Positions 1 to 10,900 of a DNA stretch of 64,000 bases are shown here, piece by piece. Position numbers and translations under genes: made by a program. This DNA comes from Candidatus Latescibacterota bacterium. Its GTDB lineage: Bacteria > Latescibacterota > UBA2968. The notes beneath the pieces are model-generated. The model made no database searches, was not told where the DNA came from, and saw only the letters and a list, made by a program, of their open reading frames with translations. Within the stretch, counting starts at the first letter, position 1. The number at the start of each line of letters is the position of its first letter. The stretch lies in assembly GCA_965204375.1 (NCBI GenBank), contig OZ241986.1, positions 2,976,001 to 3,040,000 of the forward strand, read 5' to 3'.

Positions 1-309
1 CTTCCTCTCACACATCACGCGATTCTCCCACACCATCTTTCTTTGACAGACCACCCCGGCATTCTGTTACCCTGCCGACGTCCATTCTTCAACGACGCAT
101 CTCTACACACGGATATATAGGCGTGCATGGGATACGTCTGTGTGAACGGTGGAGAGCCTTCACGGTTGGCAAGCCTGTTAGCCCTCCACCGCTACAACAT
201 ACAGAGACAGGAACGGTTTGGCAGCCGTCACCTGCTCTGTGTCTCAATTTACAATGCCAAAACCACAAAATCAAGTTGCTGGTGATTTATACACAAAAAG
301 GAGAACACC

Positions 310-3300
310 ATGTGTAAACGCATCACACCTCTTGCCATCATCGCTCTCGCGCTGCTGATCTGCATCCCAGCCTTTGCCCAACGCTTTTTGGGTGCGTTTT
401 CAGGGACAGCACTTCAGGTAGATACCCAGATCGAAACGCCCGCACAAAACAACAACGCGAAAACCCTGCCCGAACAACAGGCGGGCGATACCATTCGATT
501 TCAGCTTTTCGCACCTGCAGGTGGGGGACATTCCACCAATGGTTATACTGTGGAACTCGACCTGCCGAGCAAGACCTTTTCCAGCTATATCGGGACTGTA
601 TCGGGTCGAAATTGGACCGGGTCAGCCCTGACCAGCACCGGCTCTGCGACATTGTCCGCGTTGCTCCTCACAGGTGGGACTGTGCCCTCGACGGGGTATT
701 TGGGACATATTGACTTGCAGGTGACGCAGCCGCTTGAAGAAGGTGCAACTCTGATCGTCAAAAGCTTTGTGATGACCAGCGGGAATGATGTTGACCAATT
801 GGATGTGTCCAATGCGATGATTACCTTTACTGCCACATCAGCGTGTCCTGGTGATTTTGACGACAATGGACGTGTTGATATAGCTGATTTTCTATCTTTT
901 GTGAACGTGTTTGGTAGCAGTTCATCGGATGCTACTTACAATGCCCAGATGGACCTTGACAGCAGTGGGAGCGTTGATATAGCCGATTTTCTATCCTTTG
1001 TGAACGTGTTTGGCACTGAATGCGGTGGAACACCACCTCCGATTACCGGCAATCAGGATTCGGTATTCACACTGCCAGGAGGTGCATCGCTGGAGATGGT
1101 GTGGATAGAGCCAGGAACATTTCAGATGGGATCGCCTGACTCGGAGCAGGGGCGAGACAGTGATGAGGGACCGGTGCATAGCGTGACGATCAGTGAGGGT
1201 TTCTACTTGGGGAAGTACGAGGTGACGCAGGGGCAGTGGGAAAGTGTGATGGGGACACGTCCCTGGCAAGGTGAGAATAATGTGCGTTTGGGATCGAATT
1301 ATCCTGCGGTGTATGTATCGTGGGAGGATGTTCAGGAATTTATCCGTCGCTTGAATGGGTCGGGAGGGTCCGATGTGTACCGTTTGCCAACAGAGGCAGA
1401 GTGGGAATATGCGTGTCGGGCAGGGACAAGAACGCGCTGGTCTTTTGGTGATGATGAGAGTCAATTAGGGGATTATGCTTGGTATGGAAGAAATGCGTCG
1501 GATGTGGGAGAGCGGTATGGTCACATCGTGGGAACAAAGCGAGCGAATCCCTGGGGGTTATATGATATGCATGGCAATGTATGGGAGCGAGTGCAGGATT
1601 GGTTTGATGGTAATTATTATCGTTCTTCACCATCGGTGGATCCACAAGGTCCGGCGACGGGCTCGCGTCGCGTTGTACGGGGCGGTCACTTCAACAGCAG
1701 CCCCCAGCGTGTGCGGTCAGCGGTTCGCGTCGGCGATTTGCCCAGCTACCGCACCCCCAGTGCTGGGTTTCGGCTTGCCCTGGACATGGGTGGTGTAAAC
1801 GATGATAGAGGTGAGGGTGCGACGACTGTTGTCATCCCAGACGCCAACCTGCGTGCTGTAATCGCAGACAGCCTGGGCAAGGCGAGCGGTGAGGAGATTA
1901 CAGCCGCCGAGATGGCAACCCTAACACGCCTTGATGCGGATTCTAAGGACATTCGCGATTTGACCGGCTTGGAGTATGCAACCAACTTGGACTCTCTGAC
2001 ACTTGACTACAACGACATCTCGGATATATCTGCACTGTCTAACTTGACAAAGCTAAGAAACCTCTCTTTCACCTACAACGACATCTCGGATATATCTGCA
2101 CTGTCTAACTTGACCAACCTAGAAAGGCTGATATTTCACGTCAACAACGTCTCGGATATATCTGCTCTGTCCAACTTGACCAGTCTGGATTGGCTGGATG
2201 TTTCCCTCAACGACATCTCGGATATATCTACTCTGTCCAACTTGACCAATCTGTCATCGCTGAACTTTGGCGGCAGACGGGCCAACCCCCACAACATCTC
2301 GGATATATCTGCTCTGTCTAACTTGACAAAGCTAAGAAGGCTGGAATTTAAATACTGCAACGTCTCGGATATATCACCGTTGTCTAACTTGACAAATCTG
2401 GCAACCCTGACTTGTATCCGCAACAGCATCTCGGATATATCACCGTTGTCTAACTTGACAAATCTGACATATATATGGATTTCCAACAACAGCATCTCGG
2501 ATATATCACCGCTGTCTAACTTGACAAATCTGGGACTGCTGATCATTTACAACAACAACATCTCGAACCTTGCCCCACTGGTGGCAAATACAGGATTGGG
2601 TAACAACAACTCTGTTGACGTGCGAGGAAACCCTCTAAGTGCTCTATCACGGAACACACATATCCCCACCCTTCAAGCCAGAGGTGTCAACGTGCGGTTT
2701 GACGCCCCATCCACACCAACAACGTCAGTGAGCATCCCAGACGCCAACCTGCGTGCTGTGATCGCAGACAGCCTGGGCAAGGCGAGCGGCGAGGCGATCA
2801 CCGCCGCTGAGATGGCGACTCTTACCCGTCTTGACGCGCCGAATAAGGACATTCGCGATTTGACCGGGCTGGAATTTGCAACCAATCTGACAAGGCTGGA
2901 TTTGGGTACTGAGTTCGTGTCTGGTAGTGGGGTCGTCAACAGCAACTCAATCTCAGATTTTTCATCCCTATCCAACTTGACCAGCCTGACATGGCTGGAT
3001 ATTGGCAACACCTCCATCTCAGATGTGTCTTGGCTGTCTTCCTTGACCAATCTGGAATGGTTGACTCTTAGCTACAACTCGATCTCAGACGTGTCTGCGC
3101 TGTCTTCCTTGACCAATCTAAGATGGCTGCACCTTAGCGACAATTCGATTTCGGATGTGTCTGCACTGGTGTCTGCACTGTCTAACTTGACCAGTCTGAT
3201 AAGCCTGTCCCTTGGCGGCAATCCGATTTCTGATTTTTCACCTCTATCAAACTGGACCAGTCTAGAAAGGCTGTCTCTTATCGGCAGTTCGATTTCGGAT

Positions 3301-3825
3301 GTGTCTTGGCTGTCTTCCTTGACCAATCTGGAATGGTTGACTCTTAGCTACAACTCGATCTCAGATTTGTCTGCGCTATCAAATTTGACAAATCTGGAAA
3401 CGCTGTGGCTTCGCAGCAACAACAATATCTCGGATATCTCGGCGTTGTCTGGCTTGACCAGTCTGGAATGGCTGACTCTTGACAACAACAACATCTCAGA
3501 CCTCACACCTCTATCTGGCTTGACCAGTCTCCGGTTGCTGTATCTCGGCAACAACAGCATCTCGAACCTTGCCCCATTGGTGGCAAACACGGGATTGAGC
3601 AGCGGAGACCGAGTGGATGTGCAGCGTAACCCCTTGAGTGCGACCTCAATCAACACACACATTCCCGCGCTTCAGGCCAGAGGGGTTGAGGTAAGGTTTG
3701 GCTCATCGAAACCCACGGTTGGGGAGAACGATGATCTGAGGGATATGCCCGTTTCGAGCAGGGAAGAAGCACTGGATCGTGCAGAATGGGAGCGGGAGAT
3801 GAGAGGCAAGATTTTTGAGCGGTGA
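310..3825 (+). CDS. Secreted multidomain protein: signal peptide, cohesin-like domain, dockerin/EF-hand pair, FGE-sulfatase (SUMF1/CLec) domain, two internalin-like LRR blocks
   Basis: 1171-aa ORF with SD (AAAGGAG). GDFDDNGRVDIADF and DLDSSGSVDIADF Ca-loops; FGE motifs RLPTEAEWEYACRAG, NPWGLYDMHGNVWE, RVVRGG, GFRL; 22-aa LRRs (ISDISALSNLTNL) with IPDANLR caps. Confidence 0.85.
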   Translation: MCKRITPLAIIALALLICIPAFAQRFLGAFSGTALQVDTQIETPAQNNNAKTLPEQQAGDTIRFQLFAPAGGGHSTNGYTVELDLPSKTFSSYIGTVSGRNWTGSALTSTGSATLSALLLTGGTVPSTGYLGHIDLQVTQPLEEGATLIVKSFVMTSGNDVDQLDVSNAMITFTATSACPGDFDDNGRVDIADFLSFVNVFGSSSSDATYNAQMDLDSSGSVDIADFLSFVNVFGTECGGTPPPITGNQDSVFTLPGGASLEMVWIEPGTFQMGSPDSEQGRDSDEGPVHSVTISEGFYLGKYEVTQGQWESVMGTRPWQGENNVRLGSNYPAVYVSWEDVQEFIRRLNGSGGSDVYRLPTEAEWEYACRAGTRTRWSFGDDESQLGDYAWYGRNASDVGERYGHIVGTKRANPWGLYDMHGNVWERVQDWFDGNYYRSSPSVDPQGPATGSRRVVRGGHFNSSPQRVRSAVRVGDLPSYRTPSAGFRLALDMGGVNDDRGEGATTVVIPDANLRAVIADSLGKASGEEITAAEMATLTRLDADSKDIRDLTGLEYATNLDSLTLDYNDISDISALSNLTKLRNLSFTYNDISDISALSNLTNLERLIFHVNNVSDISALSNLTSLDWLDVSLNDISDISTLSNLTNLSSLNFGGRRANPHNISDISALSNLTKLRRLEFKYCNVSDISPLSNLTNLATLTCIRNSISDISPLSNLTNLTYIWISNNSISDISPLSNLTNLGLLIIYNNNISNLAPLVANTGLGNNNSVDVRGNPLSALSRNTHIPTLQARGVNVRFDAPSTPTTSVSIPDANLRAVIADSLGKASGEAITAAEMATLTRLDAPNKDIRDLTGLEFATNLTRLDLGTEFVSGSGVVNSNSISDFSSLSNLTSLTWLDIGNTSISDVSWLSSLTNLEWLTLSYNSISDVSALSSLTNLRWLHLSDNSISDVSALVSALSNLTSLISLSLGGNPISDFSPLSNWTSLERLSLIGSSISDVSWLSSLTNLEWLTLSYNSISDLSALSNLTNLETLWLRSNNNISDISALSGLTSLEWLTLDNNNISDLTPLSGLTSLRLLYLGNNSISNLAPLVANTGLSSGDRVDVQRNPLSATSINTHIPALQARGVEVRFGSSKPTVGENDDLRDMPVSSREEALDRAEWEREMRGKIFER
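1834..3700 (+). repeat. Intragenic LRR repeats (~66 bp period) in two duplicated modules
   Basis: atcccagacgccaacctgcgtgctgt..gcagacagcctgggcaaggcgagcgg occurs at ~1834 and ~2734; many copies of atctcggatatatc..ctgtctaacttgac. Confidence 0.9.
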
Positions 3826-3836
3826 GCGGGGAAAAC

Positions 3837-4133
3837 TGTCTGAATCAGGATTTACAGGATGAAAGGATGAACAGGATAAAGGCAGTGTGCTAAATTAGGG
3901 CCTTGGCAAATTCGAGACAGGGATTGCTGGTATGGTCTGGTGACAAGTCAGTGCAGGTGGGAGATGAGATTTGGGACGGGCGAGTAGTGTGGTATCCTGA
4001 ACATCCCAAAATCTTGCCCACTTGCCTGCCAGAGACAGACACACCTGTCTGCCGACCTGTCTGCGTGCAACGCATAGGCAGATGCACAGGCCCGCCTGCA
4101 GCAGCGCGGGCAGGCAGGTCCTGATTTCAGACA
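3837..4133. repeat. MITE/REP-like intergenic element, copy 1
   Basis: Terminal inverted repeat tgtctgaatcagga (3837) / tcctgatttcagaca (4119-4133); inner IR aggatgaacaggata / tatcctgaacatcc; homologous to 6034-6265. Confidence 0.7.
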
Positions 4134-4336
4134 CGGGGTGGCGGGGGATACATTCACAACAGAGGCAGGGGCGAGGGCGGTCAGTTGGAAAGATAGTGAG
4201 CCTGAAGAGAAAGAATTTAATGACCGTGGAATTGGACGCGAAGGATAACGTATTGCACCTGTCTATACGCACAATTCACACATTAAGACGATGTGTATGA
4301 ATTCGGCACACCCCATATCGAATAGGAGAATGTCCG

Positions 4337-6007
4337 ATGACGAAGAAAAAAGAAACACAATGCCGCAAGCTGAGTAAATGGATTGCCGCTTTTGCCATCG
4401 CGCTTTTAATCGGCTTCTCATCTACTGCCGCATCAGCGTGTCCTGGGGATTTTGACGGTAATGGGAGCGTTAATATAGCCGATTTTCTGGCTTTTGTGAA
4501 CGTCTATGGCACCAGTTCTACGGATGCCAATTACAATGCACAGATGGATCTTGACAGTAGTGGGAGTATTGATACAGCCGATTTTCTGGCCTTTGTAAAG
4601 GTTTATGGTACTGAATGTACCCCAGCACCAAATGGTGGCGGTGATAGTTCGAATGCGATTACCCGGATGGCGTTTGAATCACACATAGGCTTGGGCTCTA
4701 TCTGGTACATTAGTGACGCTGGCTACATGGCTGTTAATCTGAAGGATAACGGCACGGTTTGGGGTGTTCCGACGCAGTACACTGATGATTCCGACATTGG
4801 CACAGTGGCCTATATGCTGCTGGCAAAATTAAAGGGATGTAACTTCGCTGATGCAGAGGCTGATCGAGAAAGTAAGGTGTACATCAAGACACAGGCATTG
4901 GGGAGATTGTCCAATTTTGTGTCTGAAAGTGTGTGCCGAAAGACGAGCAATTCGTATGGTTCCTGGCGCGGAGTTCGGATCACCCATCTGCGTTTTTTTG
5001 ATGAAAGCAGTCCCACCAATATCAGGGAGGCTGTGTACAATACCTCAACGGGTCAATATAGTGTTGTAGAATTCGAAAGAGAAGTTGTTGACTTTGAAAG
5101 TAGGGGGAGCACGCCAACGATATACATGACTCACGGTAGCGGAATCTTTCGTACAAACCTCATCGCTGTCCAGGATCTCGTCACGACGGAAAGAGGACCA
5201 AACAACATCGCCCTGGACGTAGATAGAGGCAAGATATATTGGACTTCTGGCCACAACAAGATTTGGCGTGCCGACCTCAATGGCTCCAATGTCGAAAATA
5301 TCTATAATAGCGGCATATCAGACCTCGCCCTGGACACGAGTGGCGGCAAGATATACTGGACGGCAAGAGACACGACGCACTGGACCGAAGGTCAAATCTT
5401 CCGTGCGAATCTCGATGGCTCTAATGTCCAACTTATTGCTTCCGCGTTTAAAAAAAATCCACACGAACTTGGCGGGTTAGTCGGCGCACCTCATCATATT
5501 GCTGTGGCCGGGAGCAAGATGTATTGGTTGAATCCCTTCTCTATTTATCGTGCGGATATCAATGGATTTAATGGCGAAACGCTCGTTGAGGGGGACGCGA
5601 CCCCATACATCGTATTTCAGGGTCCATTAGCAGGCTGGGGACATTCTTTCGCTTTGGACGTAGCTGGGGACAAGATGTATTGGACGGTTTATAATCCAAA
5701 GAATATAGAATATGAACCGGCCCCTTATAAGCATACTACGATTCGTCGTGCAAACCTCAATGGCTCCAATGTTGAAAACTTCATAACGAAAAAAACTGAT
5801 GGCTGGTCGGATGTTTTCGTTTGGGCCGTGGCTGGGGGTAAAGTGTACTGGACGGAGCATGGCTATCAAATCTGGCGTGCGAACCTTGATGGCACCAACG
5901 TCGAAGAGATTTTCAATTATGGAACGGTAAGCTTAAATCATTACAATACGTCCATCTATAGTCTTGCCGTGGACAGGGGTGGTGCAAGCGGTGATAGCGG
6001 CAGGTGA
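4337..6007 (+). CDS. Secreted dockerin/EF-hand protein with C-terminal LDL-receptor class B (YWTD-like) beta-propeller
   Basis: Signal peptide; GDFDGNGSVNIADF; repeated GKIYWT/KMYWT...IWRANLDGSNVE motifs; SD AGGAG. Confidence 0.8.
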   Translation: MTKKKETQCRKLSKWIAAFAIALLIGFSSTAASACPGDFDGNGSVNIADFLAFVNVYGTSSTDANYNAQMDLDSSGSIDTADFLAFVKVYGTECTPAPNGGGDSSNAITRMAFESHIGLGSIWYISDAGYMAVNLKDNGTVWGVPTQYTDDSDIGTVAYMLLAKLKGCNFADAEADRESKVYIKTQALGRLSNFVSESVCRKTSNSYGSWRGVRITHLRFFDESSPTNIREAVYNTSTGQYSVVEFEREVVDFESRGSTPTIYMTHGSGIFRTNLIAVQDLVTTERGPNNIALDVDRGKIYWTSGHNKIWRADLNGSNVENIYNSGISDLALDTSGGKIYWTARDTTHWTEGQIFRANLDGSNVQLIASAFKKNPHELGGLVGAPHHIAVAGSKMYWLNPFSIYRADINGFNGETLVEGDATPYIVFQGPLAGWGHSFALDVAGDKMYWTVYNPKNIEYEPAPYKHTTIRRANLNGSNVENFITKKTDGWSDVFVWAVAGGKVYWTEHGYQIWRANLDGTNVEEIFNYGTVSLNHYNTSIYSLAVDRGGASGDSGR

Positions 6008-6033
6008 TTGCAGGCAGTGAGTGGGGCGAAAAT

Positions 6034-6265
6034 TGTCTGAATCAGGATTTTCAGAGCCTGCACTGGAGTGGTTCTATCCAGTGATGAGAGGATGAACAGG
6101 ATAAAGGCAGTGCTCTGAAACATGGCCTTCGCAAGTTCGAAGTGGGGTGCTTTTTGCGCGGCAAAAGAGGAAAGGTAAGATGGCGGAGGGATGGGATTTA
6201 GGACAGGTGGGTTGGTGGGGCTATCCTGCCTATCCTTACATCTAGCCCATCCTGATTTTTTGACA
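6034..6265. repeat. MITE/REP-like intergenic element, copy 2
   Basis: tgtctgaatcaggattt at 6034 ... atcctgattttttgaca ending at 6265; shares aggatgaacaggataaaggcagtg and other blocks with copy 1. Confidence 0.7.
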
Positions 6266-7699
6266 GGGTCAAGTCCTATATTTAGTTGAAATAATCGAGG
6301 CGGTTGGTTTCAGTCAGCAGCCATTGCGTCTTGATTGTCTGTATCGAGTTTCAAGTTCTTCATAAGTGCGCGTCTGAGTCTGGGTAGGCTTTTGTAGCCT
6401 TTCACTCTTCGCAGGCGGGGTTCAATATCCAATAATGCGGTAGCTAACCAGCGCCGGCGTTGATTCGAGTTTGTCCACCGCTTCACATTCTTGGTGAGTT
6501 GTGCCACCATCGAGTTTAGCGACTCGATACAGTTGGTGGTACGGAAAGACTGCTTCAACCGTGGCATGAGTCCGAGGCGATGTAGGGCAAGGGTTTCTTC
6601 TATTCCTTCTTCAAGGCTTTTTAGTGCGTCTTCATTGATCAGTGCCAATTCGGATTTGAGGGATAAGAGCGCGGCTTTAGCTTCTTTGTAGGTGGGCAGG
6701 TCATAGGCGTGTTGGAGTGCCTTTTTGATTTCATCTTGTTTATTTTTCGGCAGATAGGACATGACATTCTCCCTTTTGTGCCATTGGCAACGTTGGATAA
6801 TCACGTAGCCATCCAATGCTTTTGTAAGGGCAGCATACAGCCCTTTTGAGCCGTCAATGATACACAGCAGACCCTTGTCATAGCTCAGGTCACGTTCTAT
6901 GAGAGAGCCTATAAACTGCCGGCAGACACGCTCGTTCTCAGTCGCAGCTTGGACAAAGCCTATGGGGATCTTCTCGCCTTCTACTGTGACGCCGAGGGCA
7001 ATGATCATCTCCTGATCTGCAAAGGTCTTCCCATCTATAAACAGGGCGACTATATCATAGGGTGCTAACGAGCGTTCTTTGAACTGCTTCAGCTTTTGTG
7101 CTGACGCCTTGATAAAGCGTCTCGATACCGTGGATGAGGACAGGCCAAAGGCTTTGGGTATCGCCTGTGCACAGGCTTGATAAGATCGTGTCGCAATGCC
7201 TTTTATCATACGCAGAAGCAGTCCTTCATCCATACGTCTGGGAACCTGGAGATGATGGTAGGTAGAAAGGGCGACTTCCTCATCCCGCTCCACATTACGC
7301 ACCCTCGGCACAGAGATAGGTACTTTTTGATCTGAAAGATACACAGACCCTTGTTGACTGCCCCACCGACGATTGGGGTTTTGAGTGTCTTTGCGGCTGT
7401 ATCTGTCCCCGGCTAAGCGGGTCACTTCGCTCTGTAATTCTTCTGCCACGGCGTCTAATCCTAACGGGATCAAGGCCTGGATCAACGCGATGCGGGTATC
7501 CCATGCGTCCAGTTCTTCTTCTCTGGATGGATCGGACGTTGCATCGTCTTTGTGGATGGCCTTGACTTTGGGGGCTTTGTGCGATACTTTTTTCATCACG
7601 GGCTCCTTTGGTTGTGGACACAGCGGTTTCTGGTGTGAATCTGCTGTATCCAATTTACATTGGAGCCTCTATTATTTCAACTAAGATAAGCACAACCTC
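6266..7699 (-). mobile_element. IS256-family insertion sequence
   Basis: Imperfect TIRs sharing ttagttgaaataat(c/a)gaggc (left ~6266-6301, right ~7664-7699) flank a transposase; no clear target duplication. Confidence 0.85.
6310..7596 (-). CDS. IS256-family (Mutator) DDE transposase
   Basis: Motifs FIDGK, IIDGSKGL, QRCQWHK, RTTNCIESLNS; start placed at MKKVSHK after an AAGGAG SD. Confidence 0.92.
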   Translation of the reverse strand: MKKVSHKAPKVKAIHKDDATSDPSREEELDAWDTRIALIQALIPLGLDAVAEELQSEVTRLAGDRYSRKDTQNPNRRWGSQQGSVYLSDQKVPISVPRVRNVERDEEVALSTYHHLQVPRRMDEGLLLRMIKGIATRSYQACAQAIPKAFGLSSSTVSRRFIKASAQKLKQFKERSLAPYDIVALFIDGKTFADQEMIIALGVTVEGEKIPIGFVQAATENERVCRQFIGSLIERDLSYDKGLLCIIDGSKGLYAALTKALDGYVIIQRCQWHKRENVMSYLPKNKQDEIKKALQHAYDLPTYKEAKAALLSLKSELALINEDALKSLEEGIEETLALHRLGLMPRLKQSFRTTNCIESLNSMVAQLTKNVKRWTNSNQRRRWLATALLDIEPRLRRVKGYKSLPRLRRALMKNLKLDTDNQDAMAAD

Positions 7700-7931
7700 G
7701 TAGCAGAAAAAGAACAGATAACCACAGGTTCTTGTGAAGGTGGAACTGCAAATGAAGGATGGGAGAGTAGCGTTCCCGAACCCGGCAAAAAAGGAGAATG
7801 GTTAATAGACTGTGACCGGAAACTTAAAGGATTTAAATTGACAATAGTAAGAGAAACACAAACAAGAATACAAAAGGGCAGATGATTGAGCTTGAAACAA
7901 CAGGTGAAAATAAAAGGAGGATCACAAATTG

Positions 7932-10900
7932 ATGAACCATTTTATTTTTTTATTCAAATTGTTCGCGTGTTTGTTCGCGTTGTTTTGCTTGACAGCTATC
8001 GGACACGCTTCACCACACCCATCCACAGGGCACAACAGGCATATTTGTGAAGTTCTCGATTACAAAGATATGCTGGAACGCGATAGTATCTATGCCGCGA
8101 CAAAGCACGCCCTTAATTTAAATGTGGGCGAACCCCGCACCGTGAGAATGATCTACTTCTTACCCAATGACCGCCCATTTCGTCAAGAGATGGTGGATTC
8201 AATGAAAGTTGCGATGCGCCAGATTCAGACCTTTTATGCCGAGCAGATGGCGGTACACGGCTATGGCCGCAAAACTTTCCGCTTTGAAACCGATGATCGA
8301 GGCGAGCCTGTGGTTCATCGCCTGAATGGGCAACATTCCGACAGTCACTATCTTGACAATACATTTCTTACTGTGCTTGACGAGGTTGAACAGGCGTTTG
8401 ATTGGGAAAAAAATATTTACCTCACTGTTATTGACTATAGTATAGATGTAATTGGTCGCGGTAGTTCGGTTGCAGGAGAGGCATTATTAGGAGGTGGATT
8501 TGCGTTAGTTCCTGATGAATTTCATTGGACAACAGCGGCACATGAAATTGGACATACCTTAGGAATGCACCATGATTTCAGGGATGGAACATACATCATG
8601 TCCTATGGCCCTGGAGAAAATCGGTTATCTATGTGCCATGCCGAATTTTTGGCCGTGCATCCCTATTTTAATACCGACAGCGAATATAAGGACACACCTT
8701 CACCAAAAATAGACCTCATCTCGCCGCCTACATATCCAACAGGCGCAACAAATGTCACTTTTCAACTCAAAGTCAGCGATCCAGATGGACTTCATCAGGT
8801 GATCCTATTCGTTGGAACAGAATCTGACGTGAAAGCATGTCGCGGATTATCAGGCGAAAGAGATGCCATTGTGGAATTTGATTATGATGGCGTTATTCCA
8901 TCTCCTGATGATCCTCAGGGCACGGGTACGAGTCTTTCCGATCTTCTCATTCATCCGATTTATGTTGAGGCTGTTGATTCTTTCGGGAATGTTGCCCAAG
9001 CCGATTTTGTTTTGGCAGATGTTTCTACACAACAACAATATATCGCCACGCTTACGGGGCATACGAATCGGGTCAATTCTGTGGCATTTTCACCTGATGG
9101 AACAACGCTGGCTTCAGGGTCAAATGATCGAACAGTCAGACTATGGAATGTTGCTACGCAAAGAGAAATTACGACCCTTACAGGACATACGGATTGGGTC
9201 AATTCTATGGCGTTTTCACCCGACGGCAAAATCCTTGCTTCAGGATCAGATGATCAAACAGTCAGGCTGTGGGACGTTGCCACGCAAAGAGAAATTACGA
9301 CCCTTACAGGACATATAGGTTGGGTCAATTCTGTGGCATTTTCTCCCGATGGGGAAATCCTCGCTTCAGGGTCAAATGATCGAACAGTCAGACTATGGAA
9401 TGTTGCCACGCAAAGAGAAATTACGACCCTTACAGGACATATAGGTTGGGTCAATTCTGTGGCATTTTCTCCCGATGGGAAAATTCTCGCTTCGGGGTCA
9501 GATGATCAAACGGTCAAGCTATGGAATGTTGCCACGCAAAGAGAAATTACGACCCTTATGGAGCATTTGAATGTAGTCAGTTCTGTTGCGTTCTCTCCAG
9601 ATGGTTCAACGCTGGCTTCAGGGGCGGTGAGCTGGGAGGCGGTCAGGCTGTGGGATGTTGCTACGCGAACAAATACTGCCACGCTTTCGGAACATACGGA
9701 TTGGGTCAATTCTGTGGCATTTTCTCCCGATGGAAAAACACTCGCTTCGGGGTCAGATGATCAAACGGTCAAGCTATGGAATGTTGAAACAGGACGTAAT
9801 GTTGCTACCTTTTTTAAGCATACAGGTGTGGTCCAGTCTGTTGCGTTCTCGCCCGATGGTAGCACACTTGCCAGTGGGAATGAGGATGGCTCAGTTTTGC
9901 TGTGGGATTCTTCTGAAGTACTGTTATCCTATCCGACGCAACTTGTGAAAATTTCAGGCGATGGGCAAGAAGGGGTACTTGGTGCTGCGTTGCCAAATCC
10001 TCTGATCGTCGAGGTGAGAGGTACGTACGATCAGGTACTTGCAGGTGTTCAGGTCATGTTTACTGTCACCACAGGGGACGGGAAGCTCAATGTGGAGACC
10101 ACGATGACCGATGCCACCGGGCGGGTGGAAAGCATGCTGACACTGGGGAGCGATCCGGGGACAACCATTGTTGAAGTAACAGTTCCCGGACTTGAGCCTG
10201 TAATTTTTGTCAGTGCGGCCTTGGCAATGGCGGATATTTCTACACAACATATCGTCACGTTTGTCGGGCATACGGATAATGTCAATTCTGTTGTGTTCTC
10301 ACCCTATGGCACAATACTCGCGTCGGGATCATTAGAGGGTGCGGTTAAGTTGTGGGATGTTGAGACTCAAGAAAATATCGCCACGCTTGAGGCTTATCCG
10401 GTCACTTCAGTAGCATTCTCTCCCGATGGGACAATACTCGCGTCGGGTTCAGGTGACTTCTCTGAATTTTCTCCCAATAGCAGAAGCTTCTTTGTACCCT
10501 CGTCAGGAAATGCGATCAAGTTGTGGGATGTTGAGACAAAAAAAAATATCGCTACCATTGAAGTGCGGACTTCTCCGATCACTTCAATTGCGTTCTCTCC
10601 CGATGGGACAATACTCGCGTCGGGTTCAATAAAGGGTAAGGGTATAGTCGCTTTATGGGATGTTGAGACGAAAAAAAATATCGCTACTATTGGGGAGAAT
10701 ACTTCTCTGCTGGTCACTTCAATTGCGTTCTCGCCTGATGGTAGGATGCTCGCGTCGGGATCAGAGGATAACACAGTCGTGTTGTGGGATGTTGCAACGC
10801 GGAGAAGTCTCGCTACGCTTGAAGGACATACTGTGGCATTTTCGCCTGATGGTAGGATGCTCGCGTCGGGATCAGTATTATTCGGTACAGTCCATTTGTG

